From positions 11,472,088 to 11,536,087 of the forward strand of contig NC_134031.1 in NCBI RefSeq assembly GCF_964204645.1: a stretch of 64,000 nucleotides of DNA, given 5' to 3'. The notes beneath the pieces are model-generated. The model was not told where the DNA came from. It saw only the letters and a program-made list of their open reading frames with translations, and did not search any database. Both the position numbers and the translations under genes were made by a program. Shown one piece after another: positions 36,537 through 47,255 of the stretch. This DNA is from Tubulanus polymorphus (lineage: Eukaryota > Animalia > Nemertea). Every line of letters starts with the position of its first letter. Within the stretch, counting starts at the first letter, position 1.

Positions 36537-37137
36537 ATGGATAGCGACACTAAACTTTACCCAATGGTTCCAACTGAGCCTAGTGCTCCAACTGAAGATG
36601 CGTCGAACTTCCGACTGCAGAAAATATGCGAAGTCCAGAAAACAGGGACAATCCCGCGCTGCGCTCTACAAGAAGTATAAAAGGGCGGTGAAAACCATAG
36701 ATGGATTTGACGCGGCTTTCGTGACGGCTAGCATAGCAGTCGCGGCTACGGGAGCCGCTGGCGTGCTTACAAACATAATCACCATCCCCGTTGCGACCGT
36801 CCTAGGCGTCTTAGGCGTGTCTGGGAAGATAGTCGGTCGGAAGCTTCTGATCAAGGCTAAAAAGCACGACGAAATTCGAGTGTTAGCCTCTTCCAAACTA
36901 AGCACCGTGTCAGATCTTGTATCGAGGGCAATAAGTGATGGAGTTGTTTCGGATGACGAGTTCAAGCTGATTCTAGCCGAACAGAGGAACTATCAGACTT
37001 TGAAGCAGGATATCAAGTCACAGGCTCGTAAAAAACACGGGTCGATCACGATCGACGAGGCTACAAAAAGGGACCTCATCAGGCAGGGCAGGGAGCAGGC
37101 CAGGGCTTCCATCATAAAAAAGCTGGATGGAGGTTAA
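36537..37137 (+). pseudogene. Hydrophobic-hairpin protein, homologue of Mav-3 144-aa ORF; frameshift near 36645
   Basis: MDSDTKLYP..SAP..NFRLQKI from ATG 36537, then KKYK plus hydrophobic hairpin in ORF 36583-37137. Confidence 0.7.
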
Positions 37138-37146
37138 CGTTAGAGT

Positions 37147-37908
37147 TTAACAGAGACACGTCACCCCCGGATTACTACCATTGAGAGCTGCTCCCGATTT
37201 AGCTAGTTGGTCCGCCATCTCATTCCCGTGTACCCCCTGGTGACCCCTGACGTATTTGAAAGATACGGAGACTCGGTTATTCAGACCATCCAGTTGTGTC
37301 CAGAGATCGCGGTTTTTGACGTTTTTCCAGCACCTGGCTTTCCACGTCTTGATCCAATCAGTGATACCGTTTATAACGTATTTCGAGTCGGTGAAGATTT
37401 GCAAGGAGTTAATACCAAGCTGGATGGCCTGATTGAGAGCCACGACGACAGCGGTTAATTCACCTCTGTTGTTGGTAGGTGGATAGACGACGGCACAGGT
37501 GTTTAAGGGACTGTCTGGTCCCCAGTAGACTCCGTAGCCCGCACGAGCCTCGTCTGCACCGTTTCTCAGGCACGAGCCGTCTGTATACACTTCGGGTATA
37601 TGCTCCGGATAGATGTCGAATACGCCAAACGCCTTAGAGCTACAGGGGAATTTTTCTGGGTCGGAGGTGGCGTGCGCGAATATTCCTAAGTAGTGGCATT
37701 TTATGAACGCCTTCGAGTTTTTATGGTTGAGGGATTCGAAAGCGAGATCGAGATAATGGCTGTTTTCGAATTTCGAGATGGCTACTTCAACGATGTTTTC
37801 GTCGGGAGAAGTGATAAGGAAGTAGACCTTCAGTGCATGAAGCCAGTGGTATACGGTGGACGGTACTTGAAAAGTGAGCAATCGACGGTGACCCCATTTA
37901 TGTAGCGT
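37147..37908 (-). CDS. RNase H1 (cellular/metazoan type), probably the C-terminal part of an RT-RNase H polyprotein
   Basis: YTDGS, TNNRGEL, FTDSKYVI..ITDWIKTWK..W, VKNRDLW, VRGH.G..GNEMADQLAK: all D-E-D-D residues and the His loop present. Confidence 0.95.
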   Translation of the reverse strand, partial: TLHKWGHRRLLTFQVPSTVYHWLHALKVYFLITSPDENIVEVAISKFENSHYLDLAFESLNHKNSKAFIKCHYLGIFAHATSDPEKFPCSSKAFGVFDIYPEHIPEVYTDGSCLRNGADEARAGYGVYWGPDSPLNTCAVVYPPTNNRGELTAVVVALNQAIQLGINSLQIFTDSKYVINGITDWIKTWKARCWKNVKNRDLWTQLDGLNNRVSVSFKYVRGHQGVHGNEMADQLAKSGAALNGSNPGVTCLC

Positions 37909-39391
37909 TTACAAAGACACTGTCGATTAGCTGCAAGCAATTATCAGACAGGTCGTTGATCATGAGGTCATGGTAATCAGCTCTCAGCATATAGTCTATA
38001 GCGATATGAACCTTTGTCCCGCTTTGTATATCGGCGTTATCTATGTTTGCGAGTCGTTGCCTGAATTTTGTGAGGAGAATTTCACCCACCCCTTCCTGTC
38101 CCTTGGGACTGAAAATATTGCCTAGATACGTTATTCTGTCCAAATCGGTGAGGGTCGCGGTGTCTTTGCCCTCTATCTCGTTTTTGAATGGCTCAATTCG
38201 TCCGCGTCTAACGCTCAGGGAAACGCATTTGTCCGGCCTGAGTTCAAGGTTCATTTCCTTGGCTTTTTTGTTAAACGCGTACGTTATATCTAAGTGGGCT
38301 TTTGCCGATTTTGTTTCCAGCGTTGTGTCATCTGCATAGGCTAGGGATGTCCCGGTTGACAGTATTCTAACGAGGGGTTCTACGCACAAGATGAAAATTA
38401 GGGGGCTAAGAGGGCAACCCTGAAAGACCCCTCGTTTGTAGGGGATATCGACCGTGCCCCAAGGACCTTTGAATTTGCTAGAAATTTGAGAATACAGCGC
38501 CGTTAGGTACCTATACCAGCTTGCGGGAATTCCAATGACAGATAGCGTTTCACTTACCAGTTCGTGTTCGATTGAACCGAATGCATTTTTAAGGTCAAAT
38601 AAAGTCACAAATGAGTCATTTTCAGTTTTTTCGGCTTCGATGATTTTAGTCTCTAATAATTCAGAATGTTCCAGTGTCCCGTGAAGGCCCGACACGAATC
38701 CTTTTTGTACGGCAGTGTCGATGAATCCGTTCCTAATGACGTGGCGTTCTATGCGTTTCGCCATTATCCGATGAAGGAGCCTCGAGATCACGCTTGTAAC
38801 CGCAATCGGACGATAGTTAGCAGGATCCCGGCGGTCCCCTTTCTTGAATAGAAGCGTCACAACGGTGCACCACGCGGAGATTTTCGAAGGTGGCCTTCCC
38901 GTATCTAGTATGTTGTTGTAAAATCGCGCGAGTCGATGGGTGTGCTGACGGAGATGTCCGTATTTGATCCTGTCTAGACCTGGAGCGGACTTTGGGTTGC
39001 TGCTCCTCAAGGCTTTTTCGATTTCAGCTGCGGTTATCGGTGACATATCGAACGGGAACGCAACGTTCTTGACGGGTGGCTTAGGAAAAGGACCGGTCTG
39101 CTTACTAGAATACAGGTCCGTGAAGTATTCCTTCACCCGTCGTTTAGTCGGAAATGCATCCTCCTGCGTTTGATTGCTCGGGGAACCCGTAATAATCTGC
39201 TTGGCTGTTGTAAAGAACCGATTTGCCCTGTTGAGTTTGCTGATTTTTCTCACTAGGCCGAAGAATTCTTTCGAGCTGGCTTCATTCTTGAACAGCGTCT
39301 TCCGTAATTCACATTTCCGCTGTTTCAGGGTTTTCGGCAACCCGGCTTTAATGTCACTCACCAGGTTTTGATAGATCAGATCTGTGTCCAT
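37898..39391 (-). CDS. Non-LTR-type reverse transcriptase (RLE-clade-like), no endonuclease
   Basis: KSAPGLD, KKGD...NYRPI, QKGF..G..EH, FDLKNAFGSI.H, GVFQGCPLSPLIF, AYADD, KC, YLG; first in-frame ATG at 39391. Confidence 0.96.
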   Translation of the reverse strand: MDTDLIYQNLVSDIKAGLPKTLKQRKCELRKTLFKNEASSKEFFGLVRKISKLNRANRFFTTAKQIITGSPSNQTQEDAFPTKRRVKEYFTDLYSSKQTGPFPKPPVKNVAFPFDMSPITAAEIEKALRSSNPKSAPGLDRIKYGHLRQHTHRLARFYNNILDTGRPPSKISAWCTVVTLLFKKGDRRDPANYRPIAVTSVISRLLHRIMAKRIERHVIRNGFIDTAVQKGFVSGLHGTLEHSELLETKIIEAEKTENDSFVTLFDLKNAFGSIEHELVSETLSVIGIPASWYRYLTALYSQISSKFKGPWGTVDIPYKRGVFQGCPLSPLIFILCVEPLVRILSTGTSLAYADDTTLETKSAKAHLDITYAFNKKAKEMNLELRPDKCVSLSVRRGRIEPFKNEIEGKDTATLTDLDRITYLGNIFSPKGQEGVGEILLTKFRQRLANIDNADIQSGTKVHIAIDYMLRADYHDLMINDLSDNCLQLIDSVFVNAT

Positions 39392-39464
39392 TTCTGACCA
39401 CGCAGAATCTATATCCACCTTGGTGAGTGAACCAGGACTCTCACGAGACGCGCTTCACCTGGTG

Positions 39465-40019
39465 TGTTGGCCGGGCCTGGCCATGTCCAAGGGACATGAC
39501 TCTGGTTGCCTGCCGATGTCTCGGTTGTTTGCCGGCTTCTGCGTCAGCATAGAACTTTCTAGGCTATTTCGCAATCAGTGACAATCAGGTCGCAGCGCAC
39601 CGCTGATAGCGTCAGCTTAAGAGGTGAATTCCAGGTCAGAGCGTTTCACATACTTGTATATACTGTAAATATCTATGTAAATAACACTTTGTTGTAGGTG
39701 CATTATAGCGGTTGGTTTATAGGGGCCGGAGGGGGTTTGCCGGCCCCTTGGCGTGTTTTCCATGGTCCACAGGGGTTGTCTTCTTAGGGTATTTAGGTGG
39801 AGAAAAAGCTTTGAGGGGGTACACGGTACACCGGGGTAAGGATAGGCTGCGCCAGAACCGGGGTCGGGCTGCGCAAGAACCGCGGTCCACAGGGGTTGTC
39901 TTCTTAGGGTATTTAGGTGGAGATAAAGCTTTGAGAGGGTACACGGTATACCGGGGTAAGGATGGGCTGCGCCAGAACCGGGGTCGGGCTGCGCCAGAAC
40001 CGCTATTTTGTATACTACT
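39465..40019. repeat. Mav-2 right TIR (555 bp)
   Basis: Inverted match to 27772-28304. Confidence 0.95.
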
Positions 40020-40025
40020 AACGGC

Positions 40026-40219
40026 TGAAACTGTGCAAATGCATACACGGACAGCTCATTCTAGCGTGTTATTGAAAACAGCCGTTTCAGAAATACACAA
40101 TCATAAAACCAATTCACAAGCTCAGTGCGGTATTATGTTCGACGACGGGTCGCAGAAAACTTTTATCTAGCAATTTATGGTTGATATTTGAGGGTTAGTG
40201 CCCGTTGCAAGTGAGCCGG
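40026..40219 (+). pseudogene. BEL/Pao aspartic protease fragment between Mav-2 and Mav-3
   Basis: VLLKTA...IMFDDGSQKTFI followed by a stop. Confidence 0.88.
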
Positions 40220-40680
40220 AGTAATAGGGGTAATAGGCTTTCAAGCCAAAGGTCGAACGGTCGAGCTCGTAAAAAATGAAAAACATAAAAATAATTACAA
40301 TTTCTACTTGAATTACTCGCGAAACTCATAAAAATGAAAAATAAATTCTCACACGCTCGAATTTATTTTTCATTTTTATGATTTTCACTCCTAATTCAAG
40401 TAGAAATTGTAATTATTTTTATGTTTTTCATTTTTACTCACCCGCCCGTTCAACCTTTAGCTTGAAAGCCTATTACCCCTATTACTCTTAAAATATTCAT
40501 ATATATGAATAACATTTAAATCATTGAACTTCTAAAATCAATTTTAATAAAAAATATAGTATTAAAATGGAAGCAAATAAGTACTACTGCCCAACATGTA
40601 ATATCGATATAGATAAGTCCCAAAAAGCAAGACACAATAAAACTAAAACACATTTAGAGAATAAATTGAAACTAGAGTAT
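40220..40680. repeat. Mav-3 left TIR; 40220-40486 is an imperfect fold-back palindrome
   Basis: Essentially identical inverted copy at 58279-58739. Confidence 0.97.
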
Positions 40681-43600
40681 AAAGATGATATATTAGAAAC
40701 TAAATTAGATGAATTAAAGAATGAAAAAGAAACATACAAATGTGATATATGTAATCAATCATTCAGTGATAAAAGATATTATAAAGAACATTTAAAATCT
40801 ATAAGTCATATTAGAAATAAGAATAATGATATTATAGGTGAAGATTATTTTGATAATGATAACGATAAGAAACAAAGCGCAATTAAAAGAATAAAAAATA
40901 AATTAAACAATAAAAGACCATACATGGAAGATGTAAGAAATTATATTAATTCATTAGATAATAAAAAAGATATAGAGATAACCGAAGCATTTAAAAGTGA
41001 TATTGGTCCAGCAGCTATCGAGTTTAAATTTCATAAAGGAAAAACAAGAAAATAAAAAACATTTAGAAAATATGAAAGAAATAATAAAAATAATTACAAA
41101 CGTAGAATATCCAAAAATTAGTATATCAGTTAAAGTAAAGTTTATAAAATCTGAAGATAAACCAATATATAATATAAATTCTCATTCACAACATATTATA
41201 TCTAAACAACATATAGATGATAAATTAAATAAATGTTATAATGAAATAAAAACTAAAACAGAAGAGAAATATTTTGAAGGATCTGGTTTAATATTTGATG
41301 AGATAATATTTATAACTTTACATGTTTATAACACAAAATATAATAAGTTAAGTAAATCAAAACCAATTGATGAAAATAATTTATCATATTATAAAGATGA
41401 TAGTATAAATGGAACAAGTTATATTAAACTACCATTTAAAACTAATGGTGTAATAAATATACAAAATTTTGATAATAAATGTTTTATATGGGCTATAATA
41501 AGTTGTTTACACCCAGTTGAAGATTATAAACAACATAGTTTTAGATTAACTCATTATAAACAATTTGAAAATAATTATAAGATAGATAAGTATCCTGTTA
41601 GAATTAAAAATATTCCAAAAATAGAAAGAGATAATAATATAAAGATAAATGTATTTGATTTAATCAAATTACCAAATACAAAAGGAAATAATATTAAACA
41701 TTATACATTAGAACCTTTATACCTATCAAAAGATTATGATTCACATGATGTTATAGATATACTATATTATGAGAATCATTATATGTGGATTAAACAAATA
41801 GATTTATTTTTTAGAACAGAAAGTGATCACCATAATAAAATATATCTATGTAGAAAATGTTTACATAAATTTAGTAATGAAAGTACATTATTAAATCATA
41901 AACAACTATGTGATAATCATGATTATTGTAAATTAGTTTTACCAAATGAAAAGGATAAAATATTAGAATTCAAAAAATATGATTACAAAAATAAAGTACC
42001 ATTTGTAATATATGGAGATTTTGAATCATTAAATAAAGAATTAACAGATAAAGATAGAAAAGATATATATTATAAAAGAAAGAAATTAAATTCTAATGAA
42101 AGTGATTATTCAGATGAACCACCAATAACAAATACTATTAAAAAGATTCATCAATCAGCTGCAGCTTTCGGGTTATATATTAAATCTGATTATCCAGAAC
42201 TAATTGAAAGTGAATATTATAATTATAGAAATGAAAATGTTATCAATCATTTTTGTGACTTATTAATTGAATATGAAATAAGATTTAGTAAATTATTGAA
42301 TACAAATATAGAAATTATAATGACAGAAGAAGATAAAGAAGTATTTGCGTTTGCAGATAAATGTTATTATTGTGAAAAGATATTTAATTATAAAGATAAA
42401 AAAGTAAGAGACCATGATCATTTGAATGGAAAGTTTAGAGGCGCTGCACATGAGAATTGTAACTTACAAGCTAAGAAAATTAACTTTATACCAGTTATAT
42501 TTCATAATCTATCAGGATATGATGCACATTTATTTATCAAACAGCTATGTTATAAAATAGAAGAAATTAATAATGAAATAGAAAGATTAAATTCAAATAG
42601 ATCAAAAGATAAAATACCAACTTATAAATCTAAAATGTTAGCTAAAACATCTGAGAATTATATATCATTCCAAATTGGTTGTCTAAGATTTATAGATTCA
42701 TATAGATTTTTAAGTAGTTCATTAGATAACTTATCAAAATCATTAGTTGATGATGAATTAAAGATATTAAAAGAATATTACCCAAATAATGATGATTTTA
42801 AATTAATGAGATATAAAGGAGCAATTCCATATTCTTTCTATAAAAATCATAATGATTTTAAAATAACTGAATTATTGAAAGAACAATTCTATGATGAATT
42901 AAAAAATGAATATGTTAAAGATGAAGTATATAATAGAACATTGAATATTTGGAATCATTTCAAAATAGAAAATCACGGGCAATTAGTAGATTTATATTTA
43001 AAATCAGATGTATTATTATTAACTGATATATTCGAAAGGTTTAGAGATGTAAACCTAAAATATTTTAACATTGATCCTTGTCATTGTTATTCATCACCAG
43101 GATTAACATGGGATTGTGGTTTAAAATTTACAGATATAAAAATGGATTTGTTAACAAATATAGATCAATTATTATTATTTGAAAAATCTATAAGAGGAGG
43201 TGTTTCAGGTGTATTGGGTGATAGATATTTCAATGTAAATGATAATCCTGGATATAAATTATTATACATAGATGCAAATAATCTTTATGGTAGGGCAATG
43301 ATGGAACCACAACCTTATGGGATGTTTGAAATAACTGAAGTTTTACAAATTGATAAATTTGATTGGAAGAAAAGAATCCTAGATATTGCAGATGATTCAG
43401 ATATTGGTTACTTCTTCGTTGTAGATTTAGAATACCCTGAAAATATCAAATTCAAATCTAGAAATCTAGCATATTGTCCCGAACATAAAACTGTTAAACA
43501 TGAAGAATTATCAAATTATCAAAAAAGAATTAAACCCGATAATCATATTCATACAGAAAAGTTAATGGAACCTCAAGAAGATAAATATAATTATGTAGTA

Positions 43601-44596
43601 CATTATAGAATGTTGAAGTTTTATTTGAGACAAGGAATGATATTAAAAAAAGTACATAGATATATTTCATTCAGTCAATCTAAATGGTTAGAAAAATATA
43701 TAGATTTTGATACTACACAGAGAACTAAATCTAAAACTGATTTTGAAAAAGATTTTTTTAAGTTAATGAATAATGCATTCTATGGAAAAACTTGTGAAAA
43801 CATAAGAAATAGAAATGATATTGAGTTAGTTAGTAATGGTAAAAGGATAAGGTATTTACAATCATATCCTAAGTTTATAGGTAACAGAATATTTGATGAA
43901 AATTTAGCAGCAGTTAATATGAGAAGAACATCAATGAAATTTAATAAACCAATTTATGTTGGAGCTGCAGATTTAGAAATTTCAAAGCTATTGATGTATG
44001 AATTCTATTATAATGTATTACAACCTCATTTTGGAGAAAAACATATAGAAATCTTATATTTTGATACTGACAGTTACATATTAAAGATAAAAACTGATAA
44101 CATAACAGATGATTTAAAAACATTAAAACACCATTTTGATTTTAGTAATTATCCAAAAAATCATGAATTGTTTAGCAATGATAATAAAAAAGTTCCTGGG
44201 AAGTTTAAGGATGAATTAGGTGGTGAAGAAATGATAGAGTTCATTGGTATTAGATCTAAAATGTATTCATATAAAACTAAAGAACATGAAGCTAAAAAGT
44301 TAAAAGGAATAACCAAAAGCGTTGTTGAAAAGAATATTCATTTTAAAGATTACATCAATTGTATATTTAATGAAGAAGTTAGAAAACATAAGATGAAATG
44401 TTTAAGATCTGAAGATCATGAAATGTATATTGAAGAGATAGAGAAGATAAGTCTAAACCCATTTGATGATAAAAGATATATTTTAGATGATGGAATCCAC
44501 ACAGTCGCCTATGGTTGCAATTTAGATGAATATATAAAATTCAAAAGAGAAGAAACAAAAGAAAATGAGATTATGAAAAGGATTCTAGCGTGTTAA
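40567..44596 (+). CDS. pPolB: Mav-3 protein-primed DNA polymerase B with N-terminal C2H2 fingers and endonuclease VII-like insert; 4-bp deletion after 41046 splits it into ORFs 40567-41055 and 40997-44596
   Basis: YGDFES, FHNLSGYD, YLKSDV, YIDANNLYG, KLMNNAFYGK, YFDTDS; Mav-1 and Mav-4 read KGKTLEENKK through the break. Confidence 0.97.
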
Positions 44597-44624
44597 TCAA
44601 TTTCAATAAAAATTTGTATAATAA

Positions 44625-44966
44625 ATGGAGAGTAAACAAGTACACAGTGAATTCTTAGAAAGAATTAAAGATATAACAAATGTAAAATCTGTAGATTATA
44701 AATTCAAAAAGTTAACAGAATTAACAATCCATAAGAAATATCTAATTACAAATATTGTTACAGTTACTAATAACTATGGAGATAAATTAGTAATTCATTT
44801 AGAATATGAAGGATTAAAAGGAAATAAATATAAATTCAGAACTTATTTACCAGATAGATTTCATAGATTATCAAGTGAAGATCTAGAAGAATTATATTCT
44901 GGTGATTTCTATTTCATATATAAAGGTAAGAATGAAAAAGGGCACCATGAAATAGATTTCGAATAA
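44625..44966 (+). CDS. Hypothetical 113-aa protein (possible OB-fold)
   Basis: Intact ORF with TAAATG start; conserved in the Mav-1 TIR. Confidence 0.7.
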   Translation: MESKQVHSEFLERIKDITNVKSVDYKFKKLTELTIHKKYLITNIVTVTNNYGDKLVIHLEYEGLKGNKYKFRTYLPDRFHRLSSEDLEELYSGDFYFIYKGKNEKGHHEIDFE

Positions 44967-44983
44967 GAAAATATGTAAAATAA

Positions 44984-45739
44984 ATGGTAGAATTAAAAGA
45001 ATACAGAATATTTGTAGATTCTAGAAAACTTACAAATTATAAATCTCATAATTTACTAATACAATTAGATAGAGAATTCAAGAATTGTGTAGATTTAAAA
45101 TTAGTTAATATAAGTTTATGTAATTCTTTTCATAATATATCGAATAAAAGTCTTAATCATTTAGCTTTTAAAATTTATGTTAGAAATTTGAATAAATGGT
45201 TTCATCTTTATCTAAAACCAGGATTATATAATTTAGAAACATTAGCGCAAGAAATTAATAAAAGAGCTCGTTTAAAAATGGGCTCAGCTGCTCGATTTGA
45301 AATTAAATTCATCAAAAGTGATAGTTCGAATAAAATAAGAATAAAGTTAACTAATGAACAACATAGATTTCTAGTAAGAAAACCTTTAGCTAAACTGTTT
45401 GGAATTCTTCCGGATAGACATTATTCAAATATTGATACTTATACAAATATAATACCTTTTACACACTTTTATATTTATTGCAATCTAATCGATCCTACAA
45501 AAACATTTGAAGCAACTAAAGATACAACATGTAATTCTAGTATATTAAATATTTTACCATTAAAAAATGTTAAACAATTTGGAACGCAAATAAATTATAA
45601 TTTAGCTGAATGTGATTTCAAACCTTGTATTCCTCAATTTAATAATTTTAAATTAGAAATAAGAAATCATAATGGATACTTAATTGATTTGAATAACTTT
45701 CCTGTAATTTATGAATTAGTTATAAGATGTAAAGAGTAA
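44984..45739 (+). CDS. Mav-3 minor capsid (penton-like) protein
   Basis: VDSR, PGLYNLETL, LFG, YIYCNLI, EIRNHNG..IDLN pattern typical of Maverick mCP. Confidence 0.75.
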   Translation: MVELKEYRIFVDSRKLTNYKSHNLLIQLDREFKNCVDLKLVNISLCNSFHNISNKSLNHLAFKIYVRNLNKWFHLYLKPGLYNLETLAQEINKRARLKMGSAARFEIKFIKSDSSNKIRIKLTNEQHRFLVRKPLAKLFGILPDRHYSNIDTYTNIIPFTHFYIYCNLIDPTKTFEATKDTTCNSSILNILPLKNVKQFGTQINYNLAECDFKPCIPQFNNFKLEIRNHNGYLIDLNNFPVIYELVIRCKE

Positions 45740-45755
45740 TTTTTCACCTATATAA

Positions 45756-46115
45756 ATTAATATAACTGTTGGACCGAGTATATGTTTTGGATTTGATTTT
45801 AAACGTGAGAAAGAAATGAAATTTAACATGAATGATGTAATTACACACATCAAAAATATTGCATTTTCTAATGAAACAACATTTGAGTATGAAACAACAA
45901 TAAATATAGAAACTTTAAATGTAGAAAAGATTACTAATTTAATTAGAGAATCTTTAAGATTTTATGAATTAGATGAAGATTTTATCATATATGATATTAA
46001 AAACATATTAACCAAAATATATGATAATCATAAAACTAGTAATAAAATAAATGTTGAATTAATCATAAATAAGTTAACTAAATATTTTGATGATAGTAAT
46101 TTTTTTGATAAATAA
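45756..46115 (+). CDS. Hypothetical protein; ancestral ATG mutated (TAAATT), ORF now starts at 45816
   Basis: Mav-1 copy 23195-23527 begins TAAATG-NITVGPSICFGFDFK. Confidence 0.65.
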   Translation: MNITVGPSICFGFDFKREKEMKFNMNDVITHIKNIAFSNETTFEYETTINIETLNVEKITNLIRESLRFYELDEDFIIYDIKNILTKIYDNHKTSNKINVELIINKLTKYFDDSNFFDK

Positions 46116-46337
46116 ATGAGTGATAATAAGTGGATAATAACTGGATTATATAATGGCGCATTACTATCAGTTGGAACGGTTGGTTATTCAATGGTATTAA
46201 AAAAAGTATTCAAAATGGGAAGTGTTAATGTTGATAGATTTGATATAAATGATATTTTAAAGTTAACATTAGCAGTTACTTTATCTAATTTAACTATTGA
46301 TTATTTGGAAAAACAAAAATATATTCCTCCCATATAA
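46116..46337 (+). CDS. Small hydrophobic conserved protein (73 aa)
   Basis: Homologous to 33081-33320. Confidence 0.8.
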   Translation: MSDNKWIITGLYNGALLSVGTVGYSMVLKKVFKMGSVNVDRFDINDILKLTLAVTLSNLTIDYLEKQKYIPPI

Positions 46338-46361
46338 ATGCATAATTTTTTTGCTAAATAA

Positions 46362-46784
46362 ATGGCTTCTGCAATTATAACTATTATAGGATCGGCAATT
46401 GTTAACGCTTTAGCATTTACTGGTGGTGGATATTTATTTAAACATATTGATAAAAATAGTTCATTAGGAGAACAAAGAAGACATAACTTAGCGTTAGAGA
46501 AATACAATAAAGCTGCAGAAGAATATAGAGAAAAGAGGCAAAACTATATGGATTACATCAATAAAGAATTATATGATCAGAAGATTTCACATAGAGATTT
46601 TCAATCAGTTGATGATGCAATGAGTTTATATAACGCAGTAACAAATAAAGAAAAATTACATCTATACAAACCTAAATTATCAGATTATTATACCCCAAGT
46701 AAAGAACAACAGAAATATGAAATAATATGGATTTTAGGTGGAACTGTTATTGTTATATTTGTTGCTTATAAGTTTACTAATTAG
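46362..46784 (+). CDS. Conserved protein with hydrophobic ends (140 aa)
   Basis: Homologous to 33331-33740 and 22525-22940. Confidence 0.82.
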   Translation: MASAIITIIGSAIVNALAFTGGGYLFKHIDKNSSLGEQRRHNLALEKYNKAAEEYREKRQNYMDYINKELYDQKISHRDFQSVDDAMSLYNAVTNKEKLHLYKPKLSDYYTPSKEQQKYEIIWILGGTVIVIFVAYKFTN

Positions 46785-46803
46785 TAATTTTTATTCTAAA
46801 TAA

Positions 46804-47238
46804 ATGGAAGATAAAGTTGATAGTATTGATATTATTCATCATGATATAAATAAAACTAAATTAAAAACATATTTAGAAAAACAAATATTAGAATTTGAAA
46901 GTGACTTAAAGATAAAAAAGAAAAAATATTTAAAAAGTAAAATTATATATTATTTGATTATAAGTGGTTCGGTTACAATTAGTTCTGTAATAACATTTTT
47001 AGCAATATTCAGCCCATTAACACCTTTAGCTATGTCAATTGGTGTATTAGGATTAAGTTCAAGTGTTTTAACCGGTATAAGTTCAAAATTAAATATAAAA
47101 AGTATGAAAGAAAAAATAAAATCTAATATAAAAGAAATTAATAAATTAAAGAACACACTAGATTATATAATAAGTTTAAATGGTCATATAACAGTTGAAG
47201 AACAAGATAAATTATTAAAAGAATTAATAAATTATTAA
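46804..47238 (+). CDS. Hydrophobic-hairpin membrane protein (144 aa)
   Basis: KKKY followed by two hydrophobic segments. Confidence 0.8.
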   Translation: MEDKVDSIDIIHHDINKTKLKTYLEKQILEFESDLKIKKKKYLKSKIIYYLIISGSVTISSVITFLAIFSPLTPLAMSIGVLGLSSSVLTGISSKLNIKSMKEKIKSNIKEINKLKNTLDYIISLNGHITVEEQDKLLKELINY

Positions 47239-47255
47239 TTTTTTTAATTATATAA

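Larger units (their letters stand above)
27772..40019 (+). mobile_element. Mav-2: GC-rich Maverick/adintovirus-like element (12.2 kb) with truncated pPolB, no integrase, and RT-RNase H, Bcl-2-like and VLTF3-like genes
   Basis: AGTAGT...ACTACT termini, 6-bp TSD AACGGC (27766-27771, 40020-40025), long TIRs, capsid and ATPase genes. Confidence 0.96.
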
